A stretch of 64,000 bases of DNA, taken from positions 128,001 through 192,000 of the forward strand of contig CAVSNY010000002.1 in assembly GCA_963729605.1 (NCBI GenBank), written 5' to 3'. This DNA comes from an uncultured Gammaproteobacteria bacterium (lineage in GTDB: Bacteria > Pseudomonadota > Gammaproteobacteria > DRLM01). Made by a program: the position numbers and the translations under genes. Below, piece by piece: positions 50,169-59,730 of this stretch (position 1 is its first letter; every line of letters starts with the position of its first letter). The notes beneath the pieces are model-generated. The model ran no database searches. It was not told the origin of the DNA and was given only the letters and a program-made list of their open reading frames with translations.

Positions 50169-50354
50169 TCTCGGATTGGCGTTCCGCCGGCTGGGCGGCG
50201 TGGCGATGCGGAGCTGATTTCCGCGAAACAAAAGAAGTGTTTCCGCATTTCGCGTCTTGTTGCGCTGTGCCCGGCGGGGAGAGTTTTATACGCAACGGAT
50301 TCCATCGCCATGCACGCTGACGGTAAAGCTCATCTGTTTTATGCGCGGCAGGAC

Positions 50355-51338
50355 TTATTCCGGCGCGGTTTTGCGGCGTGAGGCGGGTTTTACGGGTGTT
50401 TTATTCAGGGAAAATCTCGCTTCCATATTGGTGCGCCAGTTTTCCAGAATGTGGGGGCTGTTCTCGAGTATGAAGTCGAGAAAAGTTTTCACCACCAGCG
50501 GTAATTTCTTGCTTTTCAGGTGTACGGCGTACCACATGCGGTTGAGCGGCAGGTCTTCGACGTCGAGTAGTGCGATCAGGCCGGCAGCCAATTCGAGCCG
50601 CATATTGTGCAGCGAGAGTACCGAAATGCCGAGATCGGCCATCACCGCCTGCTTGACCGCCTCGCTGCTGCCCAGTTCCATATAGGGTTCGAATGTGAGC
50701 TTGCGTTCGGCGAGCAGGCGATCAAAGGCCATGCGTGTGCCCGAGCCGGGTTCGCGCGTGAGGCGCCGTTCCTGTAGCAGGCGTTCCAGCGGAATATTTT
50801 TTTCCTTGGTGAGCGGGTGATCCGGGTGGGCGATGCACACCAGCGGATTTTCCAGGAAGGGTTGCGCCGCCACATCAAATTGCTCCGGCACTTGACCCAT
50901 GATGAGGATGTCGTCTTCGTTGTTGGACAGGCGGCTGATGACGCGCGCGCGATTGGTGACGGTGAGGCGCGGTTGCACGTCGGGATAGAGTTGCAGAAAG
51001 GCGCCGAGCAAGTGCGGCATGAAATATTTTCCCGAGGTCACCACGGCGATATTCAGCGGCCCGCGCACGCTGCCCTGCATCGCCAGGATTTCTTCGTTCA
51101 AGTCTTCCAGGCGCTTGAGCACGTCACTGCAGGCATCGTACATCTCGCGGCCCGCCGGGGTGAGGTAGATGCGTTTACCCGCCATTTCAAACAATGGGAT
51201 ACCCGCGTTGTCCTCCAGCCGTTTGACCTGAATGGAGACGGCCGGCTGAGTGAGGAACAGCTCTTCCGCGGCGCGGGTGAAACTGCGATGGCGGGCCACG
51301 GCCTCGAATAATTTCATCTGTTGCAGGGTCAGGTGCAC
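50355..51338 (-). CDS. cbbR: LysR regulator CbbR
   Basis: SFTRAAEELFLTQPAVSIQ, KYFMPHLLG, REPGSGTR and SSEAVKQAV. Divergent from cbbL. Confidence 0.92.
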   Translation of the reverse strand: MHLTLQQMKLFEAVARHRSFTRAAEELFLTQPAVSIQVKRLEDNAGIPLFEMAGKRIYLTPAGREMYDACSDVLKRLEDLNEEILAMQGSVRGPLNIAVVTSGKYFMPHLLGAFLQLYPDVQPRLTVTNRARVISRLSNNEDDILIMGQVPEQFDVAAQPFLENPLVCIAHPDHPLTKEKNIPLERLLQERRLTREPGSGTRMAFDRLLAERKLTFEPYMELGSSEAVKQAVMADLGISVLSLHNMRLELAAGLIALLDVEDLPLNRMWYAVHLKSKKLPLVVKTFLDFILENSPHILENWRTNMEARFSLNKTPVKPASRRKTAPE

Positions 51339-51535
51339 GGCTCATCCATATACAAAAGTAAATGACAAATAAAAAAATAATTAACTGTTTTTTATCAAAC
51401 ACCCTCCCTATAGTCAACCGCCTGGCCACCAGTCCATGACTGGGGCCGGCAAGATTGATCCCTATGGATTCGTCATGGTGGTTCCGGGCCTCACGCTCGG
51501 ACGTTGCGGAAGCTAGATTTCGAGAGGACTAAATC
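51339..51535. promoter_or_regulatory. cbbR/cbbL divergent promoter-operator region
   Basis: AT-rich tract with an 8-bp dyad, ATAAAAAA (51369-51376) and TTTTTTAT (51388-51395). GAGGA RBS before cbbL. CbbR binding is inferred. Confidence 0.6.
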
Positions 51536-52948
51536 ATGGCCAAGACTTACCAAGCGGGCGTGCAAGATTACCGGCAAATGTACTGGACGCCGGACTATGT
51601 GCCCCTAGATACCGACATATTAGCGTGCTTCAAGATCACCCCCCAGGCCGGTGTACCCCGGGAAGAAGCCGCCGCCGCCGTGGCCGCCGAGTCGTCCACC
51701 GGCACCTGGACCACGGTGTGGACCGACCTGTTGACCGACATGGAGTTTTACAAGGGCCGCGCCTATCGCATTGAAGACGTGCCCGGCGACAAAGAGGCCT
51801 TCTACGCCTTCATCGCCTATCCCCTCGACCTGTTCGAGGAAGGCTCCATCGTCAACGTGCTGACCTCGCTGGTCGGCAACGTGTTCGGCTTCAAGGCGAT
51901 ACGTTATCTGCGCCTGGAAGACATCCGTTTCCCCATCGCCTACATCAAAACCTGCTTGGGCCCGCCGAACGGCATCCAAGTCGAGCGCGACAAGCTCAAC
52001 AAATACGGCCGTCCGCTGCTCGGTTGCACCATCAAACCCAAGCTGGGTCTCTCCGCCAAGAACTACGGCCGCGCCGTGTACGAATGTTTGCGCGGCGGTC
52101 TGGATCTGACCAAGGACGACGAGAACATCAACTCCCAGCCCTTCATGCGCTGGCAGAACCGTTTTGAATTCGTCGCCGAAGCCGTGCTGAAGGCGCAGGC
52201 CGAGACCGGCGAGCGCAAGGGTCACTACCTCAACGTCACCGCGCCCGATCCGGAAGCGATGTACGAGCGCGCCGAGTTCGCCAAAGAACTGGGCATGCCC
52301 ATCATCATGCACGACTTCTTGACCGGCGGTTTCACCGCTAACACCGGTCTCGCCAAGTGGTGCCGCAAGAACGGCATGTTGCTGCACATCCACCGCGCCA
52401 TGCACGCCGTGCTCGACCGCCACCCCAAACACGGTATCCACTTCCGCGTCTTGGCCAAGTGCCTGCGCCTGTCGGGCGGTGACCACATTCACACCGGCAC
52501 CGTCGTCGGTAAGCTCGAAGGCGACCGCGCCTCGACCTTGGGTTTCGTCGATCTCCTGCGCGAATCCTTCATCCCCGAAGATCGCCGTCGCGGTATTTTC
52601 TTCGACCAAGATTGGGGTTCCATGCCCGGCGTGTTCGCCGTCGCCTCCGGCGGTATTCACGTATGGCACATGCCCGCGCTGGTCACCATCTTCGGTGACG
52701 ATTCCTGCCTGCAATTCGGCGGTGGTACGCAAGGTCATCCCTGGGGCAACGCCGCCGGCGCCGCCGCCAACCGCGTCGCGCTGGAAGCCTGCGTCAAGGC
52801 CCGTAATCAAGGCCGCCAGATCGAGAAAGAAGCACGCGACGTGCTGATGGAAGCCGCCAAGAGCAGCCCCGAACTGGCCATCGCGCTCGAGACCTGGAAA
52901 GAGATCAAGTTTGAATTCGACACCGTGGACAAGCTGGACGTGGCCTAA
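51536..52948 (+). CDS. cbbL: RuBisCO large subunit, form IA (carboxysomal)
   Basis: [43 protein letters not shown] and ASGGIH. Confidence 0.99.
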   Translation: MAKTYQAGVQDYRQMYWTPDYVPLDTDILACFKITPQAGVPREEAAAAVAAESSTGTWTTVWTDLLTDMEFYKGRAYRIEDVPGDKEAFYAFIAYPLDLFEEGSIVNVLTSLVGNVFGFKAIRYLRLEDIRFPIAYIKTCLGPPNGIQVERDKLNKYGRPLLGCTIKPKLGLSAKNYGRAVYECLRGGLDLTKDDENINSQPFMRWQNRFEFVAEAVLKAQAETGERKGHYLNVTAPDPEAMYERAEFAKELGMPIIMHDFLTGGFTANTGLAKWCRKNGMLLHIHRAMHAVLDRHPKHGIHFRVLAKCLRLSGGDHIHTGTVVGKLEGDRASTLGFVDLLRESFIPEDRRRGIFFDQDWGSMPGVFAVASGGIHVWHMPALVTIFGDDSCLQFGGGTQGHPWGNAAGAAANRVALEACVKARNQGRQIEKEARDVLMEAAKSSPELAIALETWKEIKFEFDTVDKLDVA

Positions 52949-53001
52949 GGCCGCGTCTCTCCACGCAACGAGTCAACTAACGGAACCACGAGGTAAAGAT
53001 C

Positions 53002-53349
53002 ATGAGAAACGACGCAAACAACATGGGTGATTATCAAACCAAGCAGACCTTCGAGACCTTCTCGTTTCTGCCGCAGTTTTCGCAACAGGACGTGTTTGCC
53101 CAAGTGGAATACATCATCGCCCAAGGCTGGAATCCGGGTATCGAACACGAGCATCCCAGTAGCGCCTTCAATCATTACTGGACGATGTGGAAGTTGCCTT
53201 TCTTCGGTGAGAAGGACCCCACGCGGGTATGGGCGGAGTTGGAAGCTTGCCGTCGCGCCTACCCCGACCACCACATTCGCCTGATCGGGTATGACAACTA
53301 TGCCCAATCGCAGGGGATGCAGCTGGTGGTGTTCCGCGGCCGCAGCTGA
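53002..53349 (+). CDS. cbbS: RuBisCO small subunit
   Basis: FETFSFLP, YWTMWKLPFFG and IRLIGYDNYAQSQG. Confidence 0.97.
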   Translation: MRNDANNMGDYQTKQTFETFSFLPQFSQQDVFAQVEYIIAQGWNPGIEHEHPSSAFNHYWTMWKLPFFGEKDPTRVWAELEACRRAYPDHHIRLIGYDNYAQSQGMQLVVFRGRS

Positions 53350-53433
53350 GTACGGCGCAGAGGGCGTGATGCCGGCATAAGTGCCGACGTCCGCAACGGA
53401 GACGATGCTCCATTAACTAGGGCGGAGTTGATC

Positions 53434-55755
53434 ATGGCAGAAATGACGAAACAACAGATCACCAGCGGCCGCGCCGCCGCGTTGGAGCGGCGTCGCGCGC
53501 TTTCAACGCAAGGCAAGGCCAGTCTGGGCGGCGCGCCCGGCGCGCAGCGGATGCGCGCTGAAGCAAGCTCCCGCACGGCTGAGGCGCCGCCGCGGGTCAG
53601 CGGTCCGGCACCCGCTTCCGCGTCCGTGCCGAAAGCGGCTGCGCACGCCAGCGGCCGCGCGCTCTCCTTGGCGCGCCGCGCGACCTTGTCGAGCAAAGGC
53701 AAGGCGGGTCTTGCGGCGAAAGAACGCACTCGCGGTGAAACCGATGTGCGTGCGCCTGAAGCGGAGCGCAGCGGTGATTGCGGTTGCGGTTGCAAGGGCG
53801 AAAAAAAGGCGGACGGCGCCAGTCCGTGCGCGGACCGTACCGAGCGGAGCGAGGGCAGCGCGCCGCAGGTGAGCAACACACCGAGCAGCGGTGGTGGGCT
53901 CAACAAGCGTTCATCGGCGGTCAATACCTTGGGGGCGGGGCGCTTGTTGTCGCAGGCGCGTCGCCAGGCCTTGGCCAAGGGCGGCAAAACGGCGCAGACG
54001 GCGTTGAAAAACGGCGGCGTCTCCGTGGCGCAGCTGGCGCGTCAAGCCCAGCCCGACGTCAGCGGGCGTGATCTGTCGCGCAGCGTGCGCGAAGAACGCA
54101 GCCGCAATGGGGCTCGCGGTCAACGCAATAGCGGGCCGGCCGGCCGCACCCGTCCCGCGCCGGCCGCGTCGCAGGACGCGCCGTGGAAAGTCGGCGCTAG
54201 TGAAACCGCCGCGGGTCAGACCGTGACCGGTAGCATCGTGGGCCGCAGCCGCAGCGTGACCGGTGACGAACCCAGCACCTGCCGCATCATCACCGGCACC
54301 GAGTACATGGGTGCGGACATCTTTCGTTCCTTCTGCAAGGCCGAGGTGGACAAGCCCCCTTTCAAAGTGGGCAAGAGTCCGACCTCGCGGGGCTTGAGCG
54401 TCACCGGCACCATGGTGGGCCGCGGCGAACGGGTCACCGGCGATGAGCCGGGCACCTGCAAGCGCGTCACCGGCACGGAATACGTCGGCGCCGATCAGGG
54501 CCAGGCCTATTGCGGCACCCCCAGCGAGCCCGCGCCGCGCAAGATCGGCATGAGCGAGACGCGCAAAGGCCAATCCGTCACCGGCAACTTGGTCGGCCGT
54601 TCCGGCAAAGTGACGGGCGACGAGGCCGGCGCGGGGCGCCAGACCACCGGCACGCAGTACATGCAGCCGGGCGACGGCAGCGTGCCGCCCAAGGTGGGGG
54701 TGACGAATACCCTGCGCGGCGGCGCGGTGACCGGCACCATGGTGGGCCGCGGCCAGCGCATGACCGGCGACGAACCCGGCAGTTGCCGCAACATCACCGG
54801 CGATGAGTACCTCGGTCAAGAGCAGTTCAAGACCTTCTGTGAGAATGTTCCGGCGCCGCAAGACGCCAAGGTCGGCGTATCGCGCACCTTCAAGGGCGAG
54901 ACCGTTACCGGTACTATGACCGGCCGCGGCGGCAAGGTGACCGGCGATGAACCGGGCACATGCAAGACCGTGACCGGCACGCCGTATGCGGGTGTCGAGC
55001 AGTACGACGCCTATTGCGATGTCGATGCCCAGCGTCAGGTGCAGTCCCGGGTGCAACGCATGATGCCCGGATCGGTGATGACCGGTTTGCAACCCGGCGT
55101 CAAAGGCAAGACGACCGGCGACGCGCGCGGCGCCCACCAGTCCATCAGCGGCACGCCGTATGGTGGCGCGGATCACGCCCAGGGCGGCGGCGACTTGGCG
55201 GCCATGCCCGGCAGTCCCGATTTTCCGCAATCCATCAGCGGCGGGGCTTCGTGGAAGGCATTCAGCGTCAGCACCCCGGCGCGTGAATCGCAGCTCATCA
55301 AACGCCAACAGGGCGCGGTGACGGGGACCAGCTACGAGCAGGGCAACATCACCGGTCCCTTCGGCATGGGCACGGGCAAAGTGACCGGCACCGAGCAATT
55401 CCGCTTCGGCGCCGGTGCCAAGGGTGCGCCCGCAATGCCGGCGCCGGAAAAGATGGAGGCCGTCGAGCAACGGTCGCGCGTCACCGGCGAAGGCATGTCA
55501 GGCGCTTCGAAGATCACCGGCGATGATTGGGATCGCGGCGATCGCGTCACCGGCACGGAAGGCCGTTCCGCCACGGGACGCAACCCCACCCGGCGCGGCG
55601 CGGTGAATACCGTCATGCCCGCCCCGCAAGGGGTCGGCCGTAGAGAGAAGGAAAAGAAGGAAAGCGTGGAGCCGCAAGTGAGCAAGGTGACCGGTTCGGC
55701 CGGCAGCTATGATCGCGGCGCCATGATCACGGTCTCGGGCGGCGCCCGGGGCTAA
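53434..55755 (+). CDS. csoS2: Alpha-carboxysome scaffold CsoS2
   Basis: Four N-terminal GR...RR...GK-type repeats, six middle repeats with (V/I/M/T)TG triplets, and C-terminal ITVSGGARG. Confidence 0.96.
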   Translation: MAEMTKQQITSGRAAALERRRALSTQGKASLGGAPGAQRMRAEASSRTAEAPPRVSGPAPASASVPKAAAHASGRALSLARRATLSSKGKAGLAAKERTRGETDVRAPEAERSGDCGCGCKGEKKADGASPCADRTERSEGSAPQVSNTPSSGGGLNKRSSAVNTLGAGRLLSQARRQALAKGGKTAQTALKNGGVSVAQLARQAQPDVSGRDLSRSVREERSRNGARGQRNSGPAGRTRPAPAASQDAPWKVGASETAAGQTVTGSIVGRSRSVTGDEPSTCRIITGTEYMGADIFRSFCKAEVDKPPFKVGKSPTSRGLSVTGTMVGRGERVTGDEPGTCKRVTGTEYVGADQGQAYCGTPSEPAPRKIGMSETRKGQSVTGNLVGRSGKVTGDEAGAGRQTTGTQYMQPGDGSVPPKVGVTNTLRGGAVTGTMVGRGQRMTGDEPGSCRNITGDEYLGQEQFKTFCENVPAPQDAKVGVSRTFKGETVTGTMTGRGGKVTGDEPGTCKTVTGTPYAGVEQYDAYCDVDAQRQVQSRVQRMMPGSVMTGLQPGVKGKTTGDARGAHQSISGTPYGGADHAQGGGDLAAMPGSPDFPQSISGGASWKAFSVSTPARESQLIKRQQGAVTGTSYEQGNITGPFGMGTGKVTGTEQFRFGAGAKGAPAMPAPEKMEAVEQRSRVTGEGMSGASKITGDDWDRGDRVTGTEGRSATGRNPTRRGAVNTVMPAPQGVGRREKEKKESVEPQVSKVTGSAGSYDRGAMITVSGGARG

Positions 55756-55779
55756 CTGTAGTTAAGTGGACTGACGAAG

Positions 55780-57327
55780 GTGCTGGGTATGCAGAGCTTA
55801 CGCCGCAAAAATACTCGCAACATCTGCTGGTCGGCAGGTGCGCCGAGTGCGCGTGCGACGGTGGTTTCACCGGCGGCCGCACCTTCGTCTTATTTTGCCA
55901 CGCCCAATTCTGATCGAGCGGCGCACCCCTTGACGCGTCACTCGGAAAACGAGCGTCTTCACGCTTACGAACGTTGCGTCAAGGGCGCCTTCGACGACAT
56001 CGTGCCGACGCTGCGGGAAATCTCCGCGCTGCAACATGAGGCGGACTTCGAAGCCCGCGCGCAACGCATTGCCCAGGAACGTTTCGGCTGTGAATTTCCG
56101 CCGGAATTATTGCGCAGCGCCTGGGTGAAGGGCTTGGATATGCGCGCCTTGTACGCCTATATCGTCTTCGAGTCCGCCCAAGCGATGGCGGAAGATTTTT
56201 TCACCAATGACCCCTTGGCGGGTGCGTGCAGCGAGGCCTTCGAGAAGTTTCTTCAAGCCTGCGGTTTTCACGCCCTCTCCATCACGCCCTGCGCGGACGG
56301 GCGGTTGGCGCACGTCATCAGTTACGTATTGCGTCTGCCTTACGGGGTGGTGCGGCGTAAATCCTCCGCCGGGGCGACATTCGATATCGAAGAGGCCACG
56401 GAAAAATGGATACAGACCGAGTTTAGCCGCTACCGCGAAGCCAAACCCAACAGCTCCGATGCCTCGACGCGCTATTTGAAAATGGTGGTCTATCATCACA
56501 GCAGCAGCGACCCTGGGCATGAAGGTTGCGCCGCGCACGGCAGCGACACGCGCAAGGCCGCGCAAGCCGGATTGGATCGCCTGTTGGCATTCCGCACCGC
56601 GATCGAAAACAGCTTCTGCTGCGGCGCGTCCATCGATTTGCTCTTGATCGGTTTGGATACCGACAATGACGAGATCCGCATTCATATCCCCGACGCCGCC
56701 GGCAATCTTAGCTTGGAGCGCGTCATCGATGTGCGGGAAGTCTACGCGGCCACCCGCGCCCTGAGTGCCACCGAGGCCGAAGCCACGATCGAACGCCTCG
56801 TGCGCGAACGCGGCCAGGGTGGTGTCGGTGAAACCGTGCCCGGCATGCGGCGCTTCATCACGCGTCTGCTCATCAACAACATCGCCCAGGTCGATTATGT
56901 GCGCGCCTATCACGGCGACCGATATGAAGACATCGGCCATAACGAACGTTTCATCGGCGTGGGCAAGGGTTTCGAGGAAGTGCAGCTGCGCAATCTCACC
57001 TACTTCGCCTATCTCAACACCGTCGAGGAAGGCGCCAGGGATTTGGACGTGGGCGTGAAAATATTCACGGCGTTGAATATCGCCCGCGGTCTGCCCATCC
57101 CCGTGGTGGTGCGTTTCGATTACGACGGCAAGGTGCCGGGCGCGCGCGAACGCGCGGTGGCGCACTGCCAGCAAATCCGCGCCGCCGCCTATGCGCGCTA
57201 CGAGAAGCTGGTGGAAGAAGGCTGGTTGCACTGCTTGCTGATGGTGCGTGATCGCGCGGAGACCCAAGGTTTGGAAATGGTCGCCTGCTCGGTCACCGAC
57301 AAATACCGCGAACGGGGAGCGCACTGA
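55780..57327 (+). CDS. csoS3: Carboxysomal beta-carbonic anhydrase CsoSCA
   Basis: HPLT, PCADGR, YHHSSS..GCAAH, IGLDTD and QLRNLTYFAYL. Start could alternatively be ATG 55789. Confidence 0.95.
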   Translation: MLGMQSLRRKNTRNICWSAGAPSARATVVSPAAAPSSYFATPNSDRAAHPLTRHSENERLHAYERCVKGAFDDIVPTLREISALQHEADFEARAQRIAQERFGCEFPPELLRSAWVKGLDMRALYAYIVFESAQAMAEDFFTNDPLAGACSEAFEKFLQACGFHALSITPCADGRLAHVISYVLRLPYGVVRRKSSAGATFDIEEATEKWIQTEFSRYREAKPNSSDASTRYLKMVVYHHSSSDPGHEGCAAHGSDTRKAAQAGLDRLLAFRTAIENSFCCGASIDLLLIGLDTDNDEIRIHIPDAAGNLSLERVIDVREVYAATRALSATEAEATIERLVRERGQGGVGETVPGMRRFITRLLINNIAQVDYVRAYHGDRYEDIGHNERFIGVGKGFEEVQLRNLTYFAYLNTVEEGARDLDVGVKIFTALNIARGLPIPVVVRFDYDGKVPGARERAVAHCQQIRAAAYARYEKLVEEGWLHCLLMVRDRAETQGLEMVACSVTDKYRERGAH

Positions 57328-57575
57328 TGAGAATCTGTCAGGTTGAAAAGCCACTGGTGTCCACTAACCGCATCTCGGGTTTGGAACACAAGCTCTTGCA
57401 AGTGGTGAACGATGGCAAGACCAAATACGTGGCGGTGGACCCGGTGGGTTGCAAGCCTGGTGATTGGGTGATTTGCGTGGGCAGTTCCGCCGCGCGCGAG
57501 GCCGCGGGCAGCAAGGAGTATCCCAGCGATCTGACCATCGTCGGCATTATCGACTACTGGAACGAGGGCGTCTGA
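57327..57575 (+). CDS. csoS4A: Carboxysome pentamer CsoS4A
   Basis: KPLVSTNRI, VAVDPVGCKPGDWV, GSSAAREA and DLTIVGIID. Confidence 0.95.
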   Translation: MRICQVEKPLVSTNRISGLEHKLLQVVNDGKTKYVAVDPVGCKPGDWVICVGSSAAREAAGSKEYPSDLTIVGIIDYWNEGV

Positions 57576-57576
57576 G

Positions 57577-57846
57577 ATGGACATCCTGCAAGTGGTCAGT
57601 CCTTTGGTGTGTACCAGCAGGATCCCCGGCCTGGACCGCGTGGGACTGCGCGTGCTCAAGGATCGGAACGGTCAGTTGCAGGTGGCCACCGATCCGGTGG
57701 GTTGTCATCCGGGCAACTGGGTGTTCACGGCGAGCGGGTCGGCGGCGCGTTGGGCGATGGGGGACTACGCGGTCCTGACTGATCTCACGATTGCCGGGAT
57801 CATCGATCATTGGGAAGAAGAGCGGGTAAATGAAGCGGGTAAATGA
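57577..57846 (+). CDS. csoS4B: Carboxysome pentamer CsoS4B
   Basis: LVCTSRI, VATDPVG, GNWVFTASGSAAR and DLTIAGIID. Confidence 0.95.
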   Translation: MDILQVVSPLVCTSRIPGLDRVGLRVLKDRNGQLQVATDPVGCHPGNWVFTASGSAARWAMGDYAVLTDLTIAGIIDHWEEERVNEAGK

Positions 57847-57924
57847 AAAAGCGTAACTGGATATGAAGGTAGCAGCGGCGCGCTGTGTCATGAGTGTGAT
57901 TGAACTTTAACAGGAGTAATGAAG

Positions 57925-58227
57925 ATGGCTAACGAAACATACGGTATTGCATTGGGCATGATCGAGACGCGCGGCTTGGTGCCGGCGATCGAAGCGGCGG
58001 ACGCGATGACCAAGGCGGCGGAAGTGCGTCTGATTGCGCGCGAATTCGTCGGTGGTGGTTACGTGACCGTGCTGGTGCGCGGCGAGACGGGTGCGGTGAA
58101 CGCGGCGGTACGCGCCGGTGCGGACGCGTGCGAGCGCGTGGGTGACGGCCTGGTCGCCGCGCACATCATCGCCCGCCCGCACAAAGAAGTGGAGCCGATG
58201 CTGGCCCCGGCTGCCAACGTGAAGTAA
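57925..58227 (+). CDS. csoS1: Carboxysome hexamer shell protein CsoS1, copy 1
   Basis: GIALGMIETRGLVPAIEAADAMTKAAEV BMC-H domain with AGGAG RBS. Confidence 0.96.
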   Translation: MANETYGIALGMIETRGLVPAIEAADAMTKAAEVRLIAREFVGGGYVTVLVRGETGAVNAAVRAGADACERVGDGLVAAHIIARPHKEVEPMLAPAANVK

Positions 58228-58261
58228 ATGTTTTTAACTGGTGTTGAGACTGGAGACGACC

Positions 58262-58564
58262 ATGGCTAACGAAACATACGGTATTGCATTGGGCATGATC
58301 GAGACGCGCGGCCTGGTGCCGGCGATCGAAGCGGCGGACGCGATGACCAAGGCGGCGGAAGTGCGTCTGATTGCGCGCGAATTCGTCGGTGGTGGTTACG
58401 TGACCGTGCTGGTGCGCGGCGAGACGGGTGCGGTGAACGCGGCGGTACGCGCCGGTGCGGACGCGTGCGAGCGCGTGGGTGACGGCCTGGTCGCCGCGCA
58501 CATCATCGCCCGCCCGCACAAAGAAGTGGAGCCGATGCTGGCCCCGGCTGCCAACGTGAAGTAA
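58262..58564 (+). CDS. csoS1: Carboxysome hexamer shell protein CsoS1, copy 2
   Basis: Protein identical to copy 1. GGAG RBS. Confidence 0.93.
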   Translation: MANETYGIALGMIETRGLVPAIEAADAMTKAAEVRLIAREFVGGGYVTVLVRGETGAVNAAVRAGADACERVGDGLVAAHIIARPHKEVEPMLAPAANVK

Positions 58565-58598
58565 ATGTTTTTAACTGGTGTTGAGACTGGAGACGACC

Positions 58599-58925
58599 AT
58601 GGCTAACGAAACATACGGTATTGCATTGGGCATGATCGAGACGCGCGGCCTGGTGCCGGCGATCGAAGCGGCGGACGCGATGACCAAGGCGGCGGAAGTG
58701 CGTCTGATCGCGCGCGAATTCGTCGGTGGCGGTTACGTGACCGTGCTGGTGCGCGGCGAGACGGGTGCGGTGAACGCGGCGGTACGTGCCGGCGCGGACG
58801 CGTGCGAGCGCGTGGGTGACGGCCTGGTCGCCGCGCACATCATCGCCCGCCCGCACAAAGAAGTGGAGCCGATTCTGGTGCCGCCCACCAGCGGCGCGAA
58901 CGGCAACCGTCCGCAACGCAGCTGA
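58599..58925 (+). CDS. csoS1B: Carboxysome hexamer shell protein with extended C-terminus (CsoS1B-like)
   Basis: Same BMC-H core with a divergent tail ILVPPTSGANGNRPQRS. Confidence 0.92.
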   Translation: MANETYGIALGMIETRGLVPAIEAADAMTKAAEVRLIAREFVGGGYVTVLVRGETGAVNAAVRAGADACERVGDGLVAAHIIARPHKEVEPILVPPTSGANGNRPQRS

Positions 58926-58973
58926 TGCGCGCGCATAGCGGGCGTGCTTGAAGGCATGAGTTGAATCGGGGGC

Positions 58974-59453
58974 GTGACAGCGATGATAAACGCCAATGTC
59001 AATCCGCGGGTGTTGGGCTATTTGGGCCGCGCATTGAGTCATGAATTGTCTGCGGTGCAGCAGTACCTCACGCAATCGAAGTTGGCCGAGGCGTGGGGGC
59101 TGCTGGAAGCGGCCGGGCGCTTGCGCGATGAGGCGGCCGAGGAGATGAGGCATGCCGAACGCATCATCACACGGATGATCGCGCTCGGCGTGGCGCCCAG
59201 CGCCTCGCAACTGCGTCCCGCGCAATTGGGCGCCAATCTCGCCGAGTGTTTGCACAAGAATCATCGCGTCGAGGCGGAGGCCATCGCGCTCTACGAGGAT
59301 GCGCTGCGTTATTGTCAGCGTATCCAGGATCGCGACAACGGGGCCTTTTTCGAAGCGTTGTGGAACGAAGAACTCGCCCATGGCCGGGAAATGGCGCAAT
59401 GGTTCGCGACGGTGGAGTCGAGTGCGGCCAGCGGCAGGCGGGCATTTTTCTAG
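58974..59453 (+). CDS. Carboxysome-associated bacterioferritin-like protein
   Basis: Di-iron pattern ELSAVQQY, EEMRH, EAEAIALY and EELAH. Confidence 0.88.
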   Translation: MTAMINANVNPRVLGYLGRALSHELSAVQQYLTQSKLAEAWGLLEAAGRLRDEAAEEMRHAERIITRMIALGVAPSASQLRPAQLGANLAECLHKNHRVEAEAIALYEDALRYCQRIQDRDNGAFFEALWNEELAHGREMAQWFATVESSAASGRRAFF

Positions 59454-59464
59454 CGAGGTGCGCG

Positions 59465-59725
59465 ATGAGCGAAACATGGCAAGTGCGTAAACGGCCGGCG
59501 CGCCTGGAGGGGCGGGTCGAGTTCGCGGACTATACCGCGACGCGGGATTTTCTCGATCGCTTGGCGGAGTTGTCCGAGCGCGAGCAGAGCTATCCCAACC
59601 TCAGTTTCGGCAGGACGTACGTCAATATCACGCTCGACTCGCCGGAAGAAGATGATGAGGTGAGTGAGGCGACCTGGCGTATCGCGCGGCTCATCGATGA
59701 GCTCGTGGCGGGGACGGGGGGCTGA
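59465..59725 (+). CDS. Pterin-4a-carbinolamine dehydratase-like RuBisCO assembly factor (acRAF)
   Basis: WQVRKRPARLE..EFADYTATRDFLD..YPNLSFGRTYVNIT. ATG at 59465. Confidence 0.88.
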   Translation: MSETWQVRKRPARLEGRVEFADYTATRDFLDRLAELSEREQSYPNLSFGRTYVNITLDSPEEDDEVSEATWRIARLIDELVAGTGG

Positions 59726-59730
59726 GCATC

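Larger units (their letters stand above)
57925..58872 (+). repeat. Tandem repeat with a 337-bp unit (csoS1 plus spacer), about 2.8 copies
   Basis: Starts at 57925, 58262 and 58599. Both intergenic spacers are identical. Confidence 0.9.

Noticed and set aside
54180-55600. Recurring GTGACCGGC/GTCACCGGC motifs as a DNA repeat array
   Set aside because: Explained by the VTG peptide repeats of CsoS2.
57821-57846. Exact 13-bp tandem duplication AGCGGGTAAATGA at the end of csoS4B
   Set aside because: Real, but it only alters a few terminal residues. Most likely neutral slippage.
57925-58925. Regular repeats as a possible CRISPR array
   Set aside because: The unit is a whole 337-bp gene plus spacer, with no unique spacers and no cas genes.
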